Under the pieces are notes generated by a model. That model was not told where the DNA came from and ran no database searches. It saw nothing but the letters and a program-made list of their open reading frames with translations. A program made the position numbers and the translations under genes. Shown here in pieces: positions 10,929-23,000 of a stretch of DNA of 64,000 nucleotides (position 1 is the first letter of the stretch; each line of letters starts with the position of its first letter). Origin of the DNA: Balanoglossus misakiensis (taxonomy: Eukaryota; Animalia; Hemichordata); NCBI GenBank assembly GCA_040954595.2, contig CM082590.2, positions 7,440,001-7,504,000 of the forward strand, written 5' to 3'.

Positions 10929-13155
10929 GTGCCCTCCCCAAAACCAAAGAGTATGATTTAGAATTTTTCTAGGTTATGCCATAGATCAAGTTTTTCTTGG
11001 GTATCAATATGGTTCTATTTAAAAGAAAGCTGACAAAAGCATATTTTCTAAATTTTCTGACAACAAAGAGAAAAATCTTTACTGGATGCCGAAATATTGC
11101 TTGCCCGTCACCTGGAAATGACAACGCCGTGGGTCACATGGCCAGATCACGTGATTGATAGTCAAGAATCACACAGCTACAGACAAAAAACACTGAGTAA
11201 TTACCACTGCTGTCCCCAAAATATACACAAAAAATACCTTGTGTCAACACAACTTGCTAGTAAAGATGTCAAGCCAATGAATATAAAAATGTTCATCTGA
11301 TGTCCCTCTGTTTAACCCTTTCACACCCCCTTTCCCAGTGCAGTGATCCAACTCTACCTAGTTAACAATGGATTTGGACCAAACCATTGTGGTGAAAGGG
11401 TTAACATAACATCTGTGAAGAAGCAATCTTTATATATTATTAAACTTCACTGCATTTGTATATGAAAAGCTACATATTAATTTTTGTGTATTTTAAAAAA
11501 CAGAATCACATGTATGAAAATGCAATAATCTCTCATATCATTCAGAAAAAAATTTGAAGGTTTCAGTAACATATTTCCAATAAATGATTAAAAATAATAT
11601 GCATATCCCTAGCTTATTTTCTTCATTCATTTCAAAAGTTGGTACAAAATTTTCTGCATATGCATTCTAGTTGGTGAGTGCCCTCTAATGACAAAATTCA
11701 TAGCTTTGTTAGGCGCCCTCTATGGCGAAATTCAAGTAGTGTCCTCTATGAAAAATTGACAAAATTGATTAGCTACTGTAAAACACTTTATTTTCGCGAG
11801 CATTAAATTTACGCTAAATACGCGAGAGCCAAAAAAAAACGCGAAAATAAAGACTCGCGTACATATAGTTGTGAAAGAACAATGTGTGAAAACGCGAAAA
11901 ATTAATACTCACGTAACAGTGGCCTCTCTCGATATCGCGAAAATTTTGACTGAGACTCGCGAAAAAAAAGTGTTTTACAGTATTACACTACAGCGTACAT
12001 GTATGATCAGTCTTGCCAAAACTTCTTAAAATTTTAGGGTTCTCTCCACGCTGACCAGCACTCAAATGAAAAAAGCTAGCAAACAAAGGCTGCTAGTCTA
12101 CTCCATTGTCTTATTTTGATACATTGTTGAATGGGTACGACTTGCAACATATGTGAATATTAATAAGCATGAATATTAATGAGTAGCTGGAACTAAAGTC
12201 AAGTCAACCCTGTTTACTCAATACATAAACCATGTGTTGAAAACTATCGACGACTATCGACAAGAGATTCACATATTTTGCAACTAGCTTTTTACTTTCA
12301 TGCACCTAAACAACCTTTCAGTCCATCACTGGGAATAATCGCCAGTGAAAGGGTTGACATTTAAATCCTATCGAACACTTCTCGCATTCGCCCTTGGCTG
12401 GATCCATTGCTCAGATGTGTATATAAACAGCGCCAACAAAAATGATTGCTATAAAACTTTTGTTCTGTGTTTTTTTTTTGCTTTTTTTTTGTTTACTTGT
12501 TATCTACTTTACAACCAAACGAAATGAAGAATGATAGTGACAGAAATAGTAAGTATCGCTATTTTATGAAAACAGTGCTCCAATACACAAAATCATGACG
12601 GATTGAGCCAATAGGTCACAAAGTTAGAAGTGAGATTGAGAATTATTTCATCAAATGGGCCATCCCAGGCAGATAGGGATCTTATAGTCATAAGTATTGC
12701 GTACCCATAAGACCCATTTCTGTTTGGGATGGCCCAAATAATACAGAAAATCAGACATTTTCTCTAAAAGATAATGCTAAATACCATACTATCAGCATTG
12801 GTTGAAATGCCTCACCCATGATCTACACAAGTCCACTACCTTGTACATGTACTTGGAAATTCTCGCTGTGGTTGGACTGGCTCTATCTCCCCAAAATATA
12901 ACTGTGGAGAAATTTACCCTGTCGTTTCAGAAGTACGAAAGAGCAAGCAACGCATTCCGATGTGATCGAAACAACCACAGCTATAGTCTTATCAGCAAAC
13001 TTGTTCCTGATTTTTTCAAGCACATTTATTCATGCAAATAGGTAGAACACCCGAGATTTGTGGGCTTGCATCTCAAGTTGAATGTCAGAACAATTCTTGT
13101 CCAACAAACCTGTCTGTGGTATAGCAGGCCCTGCACAGACGTCAACCTACAAAGT

Positions 13156-13516
13156 TAAGGTAGCATGTGCCTTGGGAAAGATTTTTACAACGTCTTCCAA
13201 ATCTTTTCAATTCTTTGCTATATTAAACTGTGTGAGGAGTCTTTTTGTAAACAAAACAGAAAACATTGTGTTCACTATCTTGTTTTCATAAAAATGTCTA
13301 CTTTAAATTTTTGCCATATAGTTACCACACATTTGGCAGCCATTTTGAATTTCAAATTTGAGGCAATTTCACGCTCTCGTTCAAAACTCTGCATGGGGAA
13401 TCTCCAAAATGTATTTTCAATTTTTAAACAGAATACCTTGTTACGTTTTTTTTTGCCTTGAGCAAAAATATGAGAAAAAGTTAAAAACTGTTTTTCGAGG
13501 CCCATACTACCTTAAC
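13156..13516. mobile_element. TTAA-flanked element with GGTAG termini
   Basis: TTAAGGTAG...CTACCTTAA; its internal GCAGCCATTTTGAA motif recurs in fragments at ~1930-2040 and ~3500-3535. Confidence 0.6.
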
Positions 13517-15894
13517 AACTGCCGGGACCCTTCTTGGTGAAGATATTCAACAAGTTCCTGATTCTATAATGCATAGTACGTGCCACTACAAAATACTGCT
13601 AATCAAACACAACTCGTTAATTAAACTGTAAGTATTATCAAATGATCAAAAAGTCATTTTTAGTCCATAGAAATTTCAAATATCACATTTCCTGAGGAAT
13701 CAAATAGCTGAGGAAGTACCATAAAACACCTTATTTTCGCGAGCAATAAATTTTCGCGAGATACGCGAGAGCCAAAATAACGTGAAAATAAAAAAGTCGC
13801 GTAAATTTTTTTTGAAGATAGCGATGCAGTGAATGAAATAAGAGAACGCGAAAATTAATACTCGCGAAACAGTGGCCTCTCTCGATATCGCGAAAATTTT
13901 AACTCGCGAAAATAAAGTGTTTTACAGTATGTATAAAGGCAGAAATATACAGTTTGTTCTTTGTGACCTAATAATATCTGGTGTGATAAGGAATTGACAT
14001 GTAAATATGCAAATCTCTCACTTTTCTAAGTCATGTGATTAAATTCTTACTTCTATGCATAATTATTGCTGTCATGTTTACATCCATTTGGCTGAGTGGT
14101 CTTTTTTGTGGCTTTTGAGGCACAAAAATCATTACTTTCAACTGATCCTGAATTCTTAAAGGGGCAGTTTTCAATCCCTGGTTTTTGCATTATCTCTTGT
14201 GGACATTGAACCTTTATTTCCATTGAAATCCTGTCAAGTTAATCCGTTTGATTTAAGATAAAGCTGATAAGGATGTGGCTTAAAGGGAATGGGTGGTCGC
14301 TCCGCGTGGGTGTCCCCCTTGATGAGAATATGTCCTCCCATACCAGCGCAAACCCCACTGCAGTCGCCACGACGTACTAGGATCTTCAGTTTCTGTAATG
14401 CCCAGTCTACGCTACGGTTGCCTGTTTCGTTCATTCTAAGAATGATCTAATTTCAGGGATTTATGGATGAATTGTAATGTTTATAAACAAACAAACGCGG
14501 CGCGACGACCCCTTCACTTTAAACCAAAACAATCGTCACAGCACCCCACTCTCATTGGACGATCAAATATCTTGTACTTCTCAGCGAAACCAAACTTAGT
14601 CAGCTAACTTCACAATGCAACATTCTGTCAATTATGTGTCTTTTGTTGACAAGACTAAACAAAATGTTGTCACCACTGTTTAAGATGCACACAGCAGATA
14701 AAATCATCCACCCCTAAAGTAGAATTTTGTAATACGTATATTCACGCATAATTTTTTTACACATTTCTTCGCCTAGTTTAGAATGAACTGCCATTAGAGA
14801 ATCAGTCAATTTTTTGTCATGATTTTAAAAGTCTGGATGTTTCAAGCAATAATTTACTTCTTCAAATTCATGTAAATGAAGGTCCTGCAATTGTAAAATT
14901 CTGAAATAATCACACCTGGCCTAGTGAAGTGAACATATGCTAATCACATGTCAGTGCAAATTTGCATAATTAACACGATTGGTGCATTTGTTTTAAAATT
15001 GTGACACTTTTGTGCAATTACAGATAATTCTGAAATAAATTCAAAAACATAAAGAAATTTAAAAACTAGATACCAAAAAGAAGATCATTCCATTCAAAAA
15101 GAGGGGTGTCAAGACCAAGGAAGCCCCTACTATATTGCATTGCTACACTTTTAGGCAGTAAGAAGATAACAAAATGCCTAAACTGTCACTCCTAAGTTCA
15201 AAATCAAAATAGTTGAGTTGTTCAGAAATAAATCTACTTTTTTTCCACGTTTTTCAAAATGATGCCTATGTTTACACAAAAACACACAACGTTGAGGTGA
15301 AAATATGATTAAAAGTATATAAAACAGAAAATTATTAACTTAAGAATTACCAAAACAGGTTGGGCCTAACAACACAAATTATGACGAAAATTAGACCCAT
15401 CAATATCAACATCGGTCTCAAACTTTTAGCTTAATCCAATTTAGGAAAAAATACAAATTCGAAATAAAATTCAGTGTTTGCCCATGAAGTAGAAACCATC
15501 CTTTTCAATAATTAACATTCAGAACGAAAAAACATTTGACATCCAAGAATCCTAATTAAATTGACTTTCAATTTCATCATGATTTTCAGTTTTCAAGAAT
15601 TTAATTATTAATTCAGCTTATTAAAATTAATTATCCAATCCCGAGTTTAATGATAAATATTAAAACATGAAATTTGGCCAAATATATTATGTTCAAGTAC
15701 AGTTTCTTTTCATGCATAGTTTTTATTTTTCAGGTTTTCAAACTGGTTTCAAATTTTTCAAGTCAAGCCAGCCAATCCAAACTTGGTCCTGTCTCAAGAT
15801 TTTGGTCAGACTAAGATTTTTAATGGAGGGCCTTTAAAATGAACCGTTGACAAAGAGAAGAATATCTTTGAAGAATATTATCACTGTGTTATAA

Positions 15895-16072
15895 AATCTA
15901 CCCAGAAATCGGTGACATCATCAGTACATGATACAATATACCCAGAAATCAGTGACATCATCATTTCATGATACAAAATACCAAGAAGTTGGTGACATCG
16001 TCAATTCATTATACAATATACCCAGATGACATCATTGTGCATTACAATGTACCCAAAAAATGATGACATCAC
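15895..16072. repeat. ~40-bp degenerate tandem repeat (TACCCAGAAATCRGTGACATCATCA)
   Basis: About 5 units. Confidence 0.7.
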
Positions 16073-16253
16073 CACTAGTGGTATACAATTCTATGTGTAA
16101 CAAATTTTTTCTATGTTCACATGAACCAAATACCCACTGTAGGCCAAGAACAGCCTAAAGTTTCTTTTAGTTCAAATCTATATGCCACCAACCTTAGTTA
16201 CATAATAAAATAACAACCCTTTTCCGAAACCAAGTGCACTCAGGTTTATGGGA

Positions 16254-16545
16254 TTAAAGGCCGACGATCATCTTATGAGCATGTGCCAAAACCAGAGACT
16301 CTGGTTACAGAAATTGTATACAGTCGATGCCATAAGACAGTGTGCTGTCCTAATATAACAACAGACAAGATGGCGGCGACCATAGTCTGTGTCGGAGATC
16401 AGAAAAAGCCAGCAAATTGGGACAAAACTAAAGTTTTCTTATACGGTGTGGATGAAATATGGAAGGAAGCGAAGGCAGTCCACTATTTAAACGTGTCAAA
16501 CACAAAATTTGCAAAACATTTGGCTTGGACGTCGTCGGCCTTTAA
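16254..16545. mobile_element. ~285-bp TTAA-flanked MITE (AGGCCGACGA TIR)
   Basis: TTAA|AGGCCGACGA...TCGTCGGCCT|TTAA. Confidence 0.75.
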
Positions 16546-16741
16546 AAGAAACTAGTGAACTTTTTTTAATGGAAGCAACAATACATGATCATACAAGTGT
16601 AGAAATACATGTATTCTTACAAAATACATGTATTCCTACACCTGTGTATTCACATTAATTTGTCTGCAACATTATCTGTTGAAGTTCTGAATTACAATCC
16701 CATCATAGAACTAATCACCTTAGATTCTTGGTGAAGAGGCT

Positions 16742-16834
16742 TTAACCCTTTCACCCCCATTTTCACTTCTAGAGGTCCAACTTTACCACAGAAAACAATG
16801 GATTTGGATCAAACCATGGTGGTGAACGGGTTAA
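16742..16834. mobile_element. ~85-bp piggyBac-like mini-MITE family (TTAA|CCCTTTCACC...GGTGAAAGGG|TTAA), representative of ~20 copies and fragments
   Basis: TTAA TSD and CCCT termini. Other copies near 11312, 18141, 20740, 22853, 23370, 24275, 35848, 39138, 41142, 42365, 42742, 42964, 47220, 49310, 53139, 53290, 55165, 57417, 58118. Confidence 0.88.
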
Positions 16835-17020
16835 ATGCCAGATGAAGCTTGTTCATCTCCAAAGTGGGAAAATAATTACACACATGGAAAACAGAACATA
16901 AAAGTCTTTAAAACGATACAAAAAAAATCAAAAACATTTTACTGTGTTTGTAATTAAGAGGTAGGCTTCAATCACACGATTTTTGAATTTCTGTCGATTT
17001 GATAAATTCCTGTGACTTGT

Positions 17021-17084
17021 TTAATTTTCTTTTTTGTTATACACTGTTTTGCAACCCACACCATTGGACAGACCATCATTCATT
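17021..17084 (-). CDS. CERS1: CERS1-A terminal exon 7 (MNDGLSNGVGCKTVYNKKEN*)
   Basis: Strong polypyrimidine acceptor ttttctttaccag with correct phase. NGV motif is shared with copy B exon 7. C-terminal KKxx. Confidence 0.8.
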
Positions 17085-20000
17085 CTGGTAAAGAAAATAA
17101 AAAGTATGAAATTAAAAATAAATCAATTGGTTTATTATTTTCATACATCATCGTGTGTGAATATATAGTTTATAAAAAGATGTGAAATTAAATAATGAAA
17201 TTAAAAATTAATCAATGGAATTATTATTTTTATACATCTACTGTGTGAATGTGTAGTTTATAAACAGATGTGTCCAAAAAAGTGGTAGTTATATGAAAAA
17301 GGACAAAGTTTCTCAGTTGTTAATTACTTTAAAGGGACATTAGCTGTATCTTTTGGCTGTATTCTCAGTATTCTTGTTCTGTATACCAAATACAATTTCT
17401 TGTTCTACTCAAAACAACATGCTAAATACCCAGTGCTCCTCTTGTCAACATAGCCTGTATGTGTGTAATGGCCGTTGTTATTGTTGACAAATGAATTCTA
17501 GTCCGGACCTGAATTCAATTTATGCACGATAACAATGCTGACTATATCATACACATATGTTGTGTTGATAAGCTGGATACTGGACATTTCATCTTGCTTC
17601 AAGAATTTGAACAAGAAACTGCAGTAAATAGTCAAACCCCTGTTAGTGGTCACCTCTATATAGTGGTCACTTTGTTACAGTCCCTGTGCAATTCACATAT
17701 GTGTTAAATGGACAAAGTCTCTCTCTCGTTGCCCTTTTTTCCATTAACTATATTTGATACAAGACACCGTTTGTTATTCTACATGTGGATATATAGTGAA
17801 TGAACGTTCAACCTTACACAACTTCCATCCCTCTTATAGACAGGAGAGTGAAAAAACTCGCCAAAATGAATAATCGTTCTTTACCATTTATTCATTTTGG
17901 GCGAGTTTTTACTCTCATATCATACAAGTGGGATGGAAGTTTTGTGTGGTTGATCATTGATTCACTATATATCCACATTTACATTAACATAAACGGTGTC
18001 TTGTATCAAACATAATTAATGGAAAAGGGGCAGCTGGAGAGAGACTTTGTCCCTTTAATTAACCTCTATATAAAGGCCACCTCTCTATAAAGTTGACTGG
18101 CCACTATAGAGAGGTTTGACTGTACATTAAACAAAAATACTTAACCCCCTTCACCCCCATTTCCCTGTATAAAGGTCCGACTTTACCATATCAAACAATA
18201 GATTTGGAGCAAACCATTGCGGTGATAGGGATAATACACTTACTTTTTGTGCTGGACTTGTGTGTTCCCTTGGAGGTCATCTGTCTCTTCTCGTATATCA
18301 GTCAACTCATCAGCTTTGCCAAGAAGCAGTCTAAACAGCATAGTGATTATAAACTGAAACGTGAAGGGAATAGTCTTTTAGTTATGATGATATTGAACAC
18401 CTATTGCCTGGCCATGAGGGCCATAGCGGCCGTTTATTACACCCGAGGGGCTGTGAGTTACCAGAATCATATGCTATTTCCCGAGGCCGTATAGGGAAAT
18501 AGCATATGAATATAGGCCAGGCTATATGTGTTTTATAATAAACCTCATGCTAACAGCTGGGAAAATCTTGCAATTTTCTCTTGAGGCTGGCAGACGACAT
18601 CTTCAGCGGTGGCCATTGTGTCAGACGACGCGACGCTGATTGACGTGACCACGTTGGTCACGTGACCGGTTTATATTTTTTCTGCTATTTCCCTAGCGGT
18701 TCATAGTCGATTCTATTTTCCTATCACGTGACGGATTCTGGCGAATCACGGCACAGTATTAGCATGAGGTATATTATAAGGTATACTATCTTATTATACA
18801 TCTGGCACCGAGAACAATAGAGTTTAGGGTGTGTCAAATAACCATACGGAACGGTATGTATGAAAGCGTGTTCAGTACGCTCACTATTTCAGCTGAGCGG
18901 TTTTCGATCGATTGTACTGGCATTTTGGGTGTTTTGAAAGCCAAATAACATGCAAAACAAGAACTAACCGAGATGTAAGATGTATAATAATAAGGTTATT
19001 ACGAAAATACCGCAAATGCACTCGGACATTAGCGCAGCGCATCGGACATTAGCGCAGCGCATCGCCCTCCGCTACGCCTCGGACGGTATTTTCGTAATAA
19101 TCTCATAGTAATTAATACGGTATGGTGTGGTATGGTACGGTACGATACAATACGATAGATATGATTTGATATGGTGCATAGTATGCACTTGGACATTAGC
19201 TCAGCGCATTGCCCAAAGGTATTTTCGTAATAACCGCATAGTAGTACTTACTGAAAACCAATAAATGTTCATTATCTGGAGGATCCACAGCATGATGTTA
19301 AAGGTGGTGACAAACGGCATTCCTGGCAGAGTGTAGGCACCGGCTGCATACAACACTTTCAGTGGATACCAGTACAACCTCAATACAATCCTGGAATTGA
19401 GATCAAAATTCTGGGTCAATAGACCATTTTCTGAACTCCACGAGAATATGTGAGATCTCGCGTGGCTAAGCAAACCAGTACAACCTTAAAGGGACAAAGT
19501 CTCTCTCTCACTGCCCCCTTTTTCAATTTACTATGTTTGATACAAGACACCGTGTATGTTATTCTACATGTGCGTATATAGTGAATCAACGTTCGACCAC
19601 ACACAACTTCCATCACCATTTGTAGGATATGAGAGTAAAAATCTCGCCAAAAATGAATAAACAGTAGAGACCGATTATTCATTTTGGTGAGTTTCTCACT
19701 CTCATGTCTACAAGTTGGATGGAAGTGGTGTGTTTGGTCGAAGTTTGCTTTGTAACTGCCAAGGAACACTTCTGAAAAAATATTGAAACAAAATAAAAAT
19801 TTGTAATACTTACCATGATACAGCAAAGCCAGCAAAACAGACGTTTGCTAAAACTTCATGGAGATTATGTACGACGTTGTTTCGTTTCTTTGTGTAAACA
19901 AATATTTTTGCAGTCTCCAAGCAAATGTCGGTTAAGTCGTGACAGAATAGCACCAAGAGACCAATTCTGTGATACCTATGATAGGAGAAAAGAAGACATT

Positions 20001-23000
20001 TTCCGATTGGTTAATTATCATGAGGATTTCGATTCCCCATTCTCCTTGACCAATCATTAACCCTAACGCTGCCAAGTCAGTATGAACTGGTTTGATTTCC
20101 AGGGTGCCTAGAATCCTGGCTCCCAGGCCTGTTAGACTGCCAAGTGCGTGTTAATCAGTAGGGCCTATACAAGACCCTCAGACCAATACAGTGCAAACCA
20201 GTGCGATTTGGTACATTTTTCAGGGGGCTCAGACTGCCAAGTGTGTCTAAGTACGTATGAGAGCCATGTCAAGACAGTCAAAATACGTTTTAGAAGAAAA
20301 AGTGGCAAATACGTATTTTTGACACTCTAAACAGGTATGACATTAGGGTTAAGGTTAAAGTTGTCTTCAAAAATGAGAAAATGTCACTTGTAATTTTTCC
20401 ATCATAGTTAGTGTGTGCATGTGTACGCGTGCAAATTTAAACTTACGATCCTCGTAATTTCACAATATATTTGAACAACACTTGACAATCAGCAGGGATG
20501 TTCCAAAGAACAATTAACCCTTCTGAATGCCATAGTCAACATTTTTTACAAAATTAATCGTATAACTTTTAAGATATTTTGTTTGCACACCTGTGTGCGA
20601 AGTGGATATCTCGCATTGTTTACAATGATGTACTTTGTAGCAGTGTTATACTTTGCACCTAGTACATGTACTTTGACTTGCTACCAACTGTGACGTATAG
20701 GACCTACATCTGCAGTCGCAGATGGGATGACCACCCGCTTACCAAAGTGGTGTGGTCCAAATCAATTATTTTCTATGGTAAACTGGGCTTCCGAACAAGG
20801 AAACGGGTAAAAAGGGTTAGCAGTCAGGGATGGGACGACCGACCACCCTCATGGTTTGGTCCAAATCCATTGTTCTCTATGGCAAAAATGGGCTTCTTAA
20901 AGGGACAAAGTCTCTCTCTCTCGCTGCCCTTTTTTCATTAATTATGTTTGATACAAGACACCGTTTATGTTATTCTACATGTGGATATATAGTGAATCAA
21001 CGTTCGACCACACACAACTTCCATCCCGTTTGTAGGATACAAGAGTAAAAATCTCAGCAAAATGAATAAAAGGGTAAAGAACAATAATTCATTTTGGGCG
21101 AGTTTTAACTCTCATATCCTACAAACGGGATGGAAGTTGTGTGGGGTCAAACGTTGATTCACTATATATTCACATGTACATTAATATAAATGGTATCTTT
21201 TAATATCAAATATAATTAATGGAGGTTAGGCACACCGGCAGTCAGGGATGGGACGACCACCCTCACACCAACATGGTTTGCTCCAAATCCACTGTTCTCT
21301 ATGGCAAAACTGGGCTTCTTAATTGTGAAACAGGGGGTACGTTGTCTCACCTGACCAAGAAGGAGATTCCTAAGAGGAGGATGGTCAAGACGTGATGGAC
21401 CAGCATCATGACGAAATCCTTGCGTTTATGATCCATGTATAACGTTGCATAAATGGAATGGAAATAGAAACCACATTGATACATATAGATGATGTAGATG
21501 TCGAACGGAACAGGCATACCATTGTACCAACCTGTGGGAGAGAACAAAAGAATAGGGTAGTGGTTAATTTACATAACAAGAGAAACAATTGTTATGTTGA
21601 TTATGTTCTATTGTCTTCTCCAATTTTTAGAGTTGTGGCCCATGGCTTGTCAAGAACTGGCACTGATTATAAAAACATTATTTTTAATTTTTGATTATCC
21701 ATTTGAGAGATTAAAGAATAAACACTGATTATAACAACGTGTTATTTTTTTTTATTGTGTGATCAACTCAGATATTTCTCCAAAAACGGTCTGATACAGT
21801 AACATAAATCCCGCCCTCTATGTTGGGATTCACCAGTTCGCATTTTACGCCTTCCAAGGTCACTACAAAATCTTCATTTTAAAGGTATATAGTACCTCAA
21901 TTTACATACGCCCATATATGTCAGAAATGCTGTATTTGAGCATTCTAAAGAACATATGGTGCCGCTCTTTTTTTCCCCCGTGCCACCCACAGAAAATCCG
22001 TGATTGGCTAGATCCCAATTTACCTTGGTAACTACAGATAAATTTCCATAGGTGACCGTATACCTTTACGTTTTTCGTTCACTTCTACGTGTGTTGCTAT
22101 TCACCGAGGTCAAATGTCAGAGTGACCTTGTCAAGTTGCCACACAGACAGAATGACTTCAGACAAAACATGTACGGCAAGGCTGAAACATAATTACTACA
22201 CAGGAAGCTCTCTCTTATAACACTGTGATATTCAAACTCTTAAAGGGACAAAGTCTCTCTCTCGCTGTCCCTTTTCCATTAATTATGTTTGTTACAAGAC
22301 ACCGTTTATGTTATTCTACGTGTGGATATATAGTGAATCAATGTTCGACCACACACACCTCCCAGGACAAAGTCTCTCTCTCGCTGTCCCTTTTCCATTA
22401 ATTATGTTTGTTACAAGACACCGTTAATGTTATTCTACATGTGGATATATAGTGAATCAACGTTCGACCACACACAACTGCCATCCCACTTGTATGATAT
22501 ATGAGAGCAAAAATCTCGCCCAAAATGAATTAATGGTAAACACTGATTATTCAGTTTTTCACTCTCGTGTCTACAAGCGGGATGGAAGTTGTGTGTGGTC
22601 GAACGTTGATTCACTATATATCCACATGTAGAATAACATAAACGGTGTCTTTTATCAAACATAATGAATGGAAAAAGGGGCAGCGAGAGAGAGACTTTGT
22701 CCCTTTAATCGCAAGGCTGTGACGTAACTGTTGCCTGGTTAATCACAAATCTCTTGTAAGGCTGCAGGATATATGATACCTTATAAGACAAGGACAACTA
22801 TGCTATTTTTGATGCTGACAATACCTCTTTGTTAACAGCATAAGCACTCAGCTTAAACCCTTTCACCACCATGGTTCAGTCCAAATCCATTGTTTTCTAT
22901 GGCAATGTTGGACCTCTGTAGAGGGAACTGGGGGTGAAAGGGTTAATCCTAACGCTGCCAAGTCAGTTGAAACTGGTTTGATTTCCAGGGTGCCAGGGTG

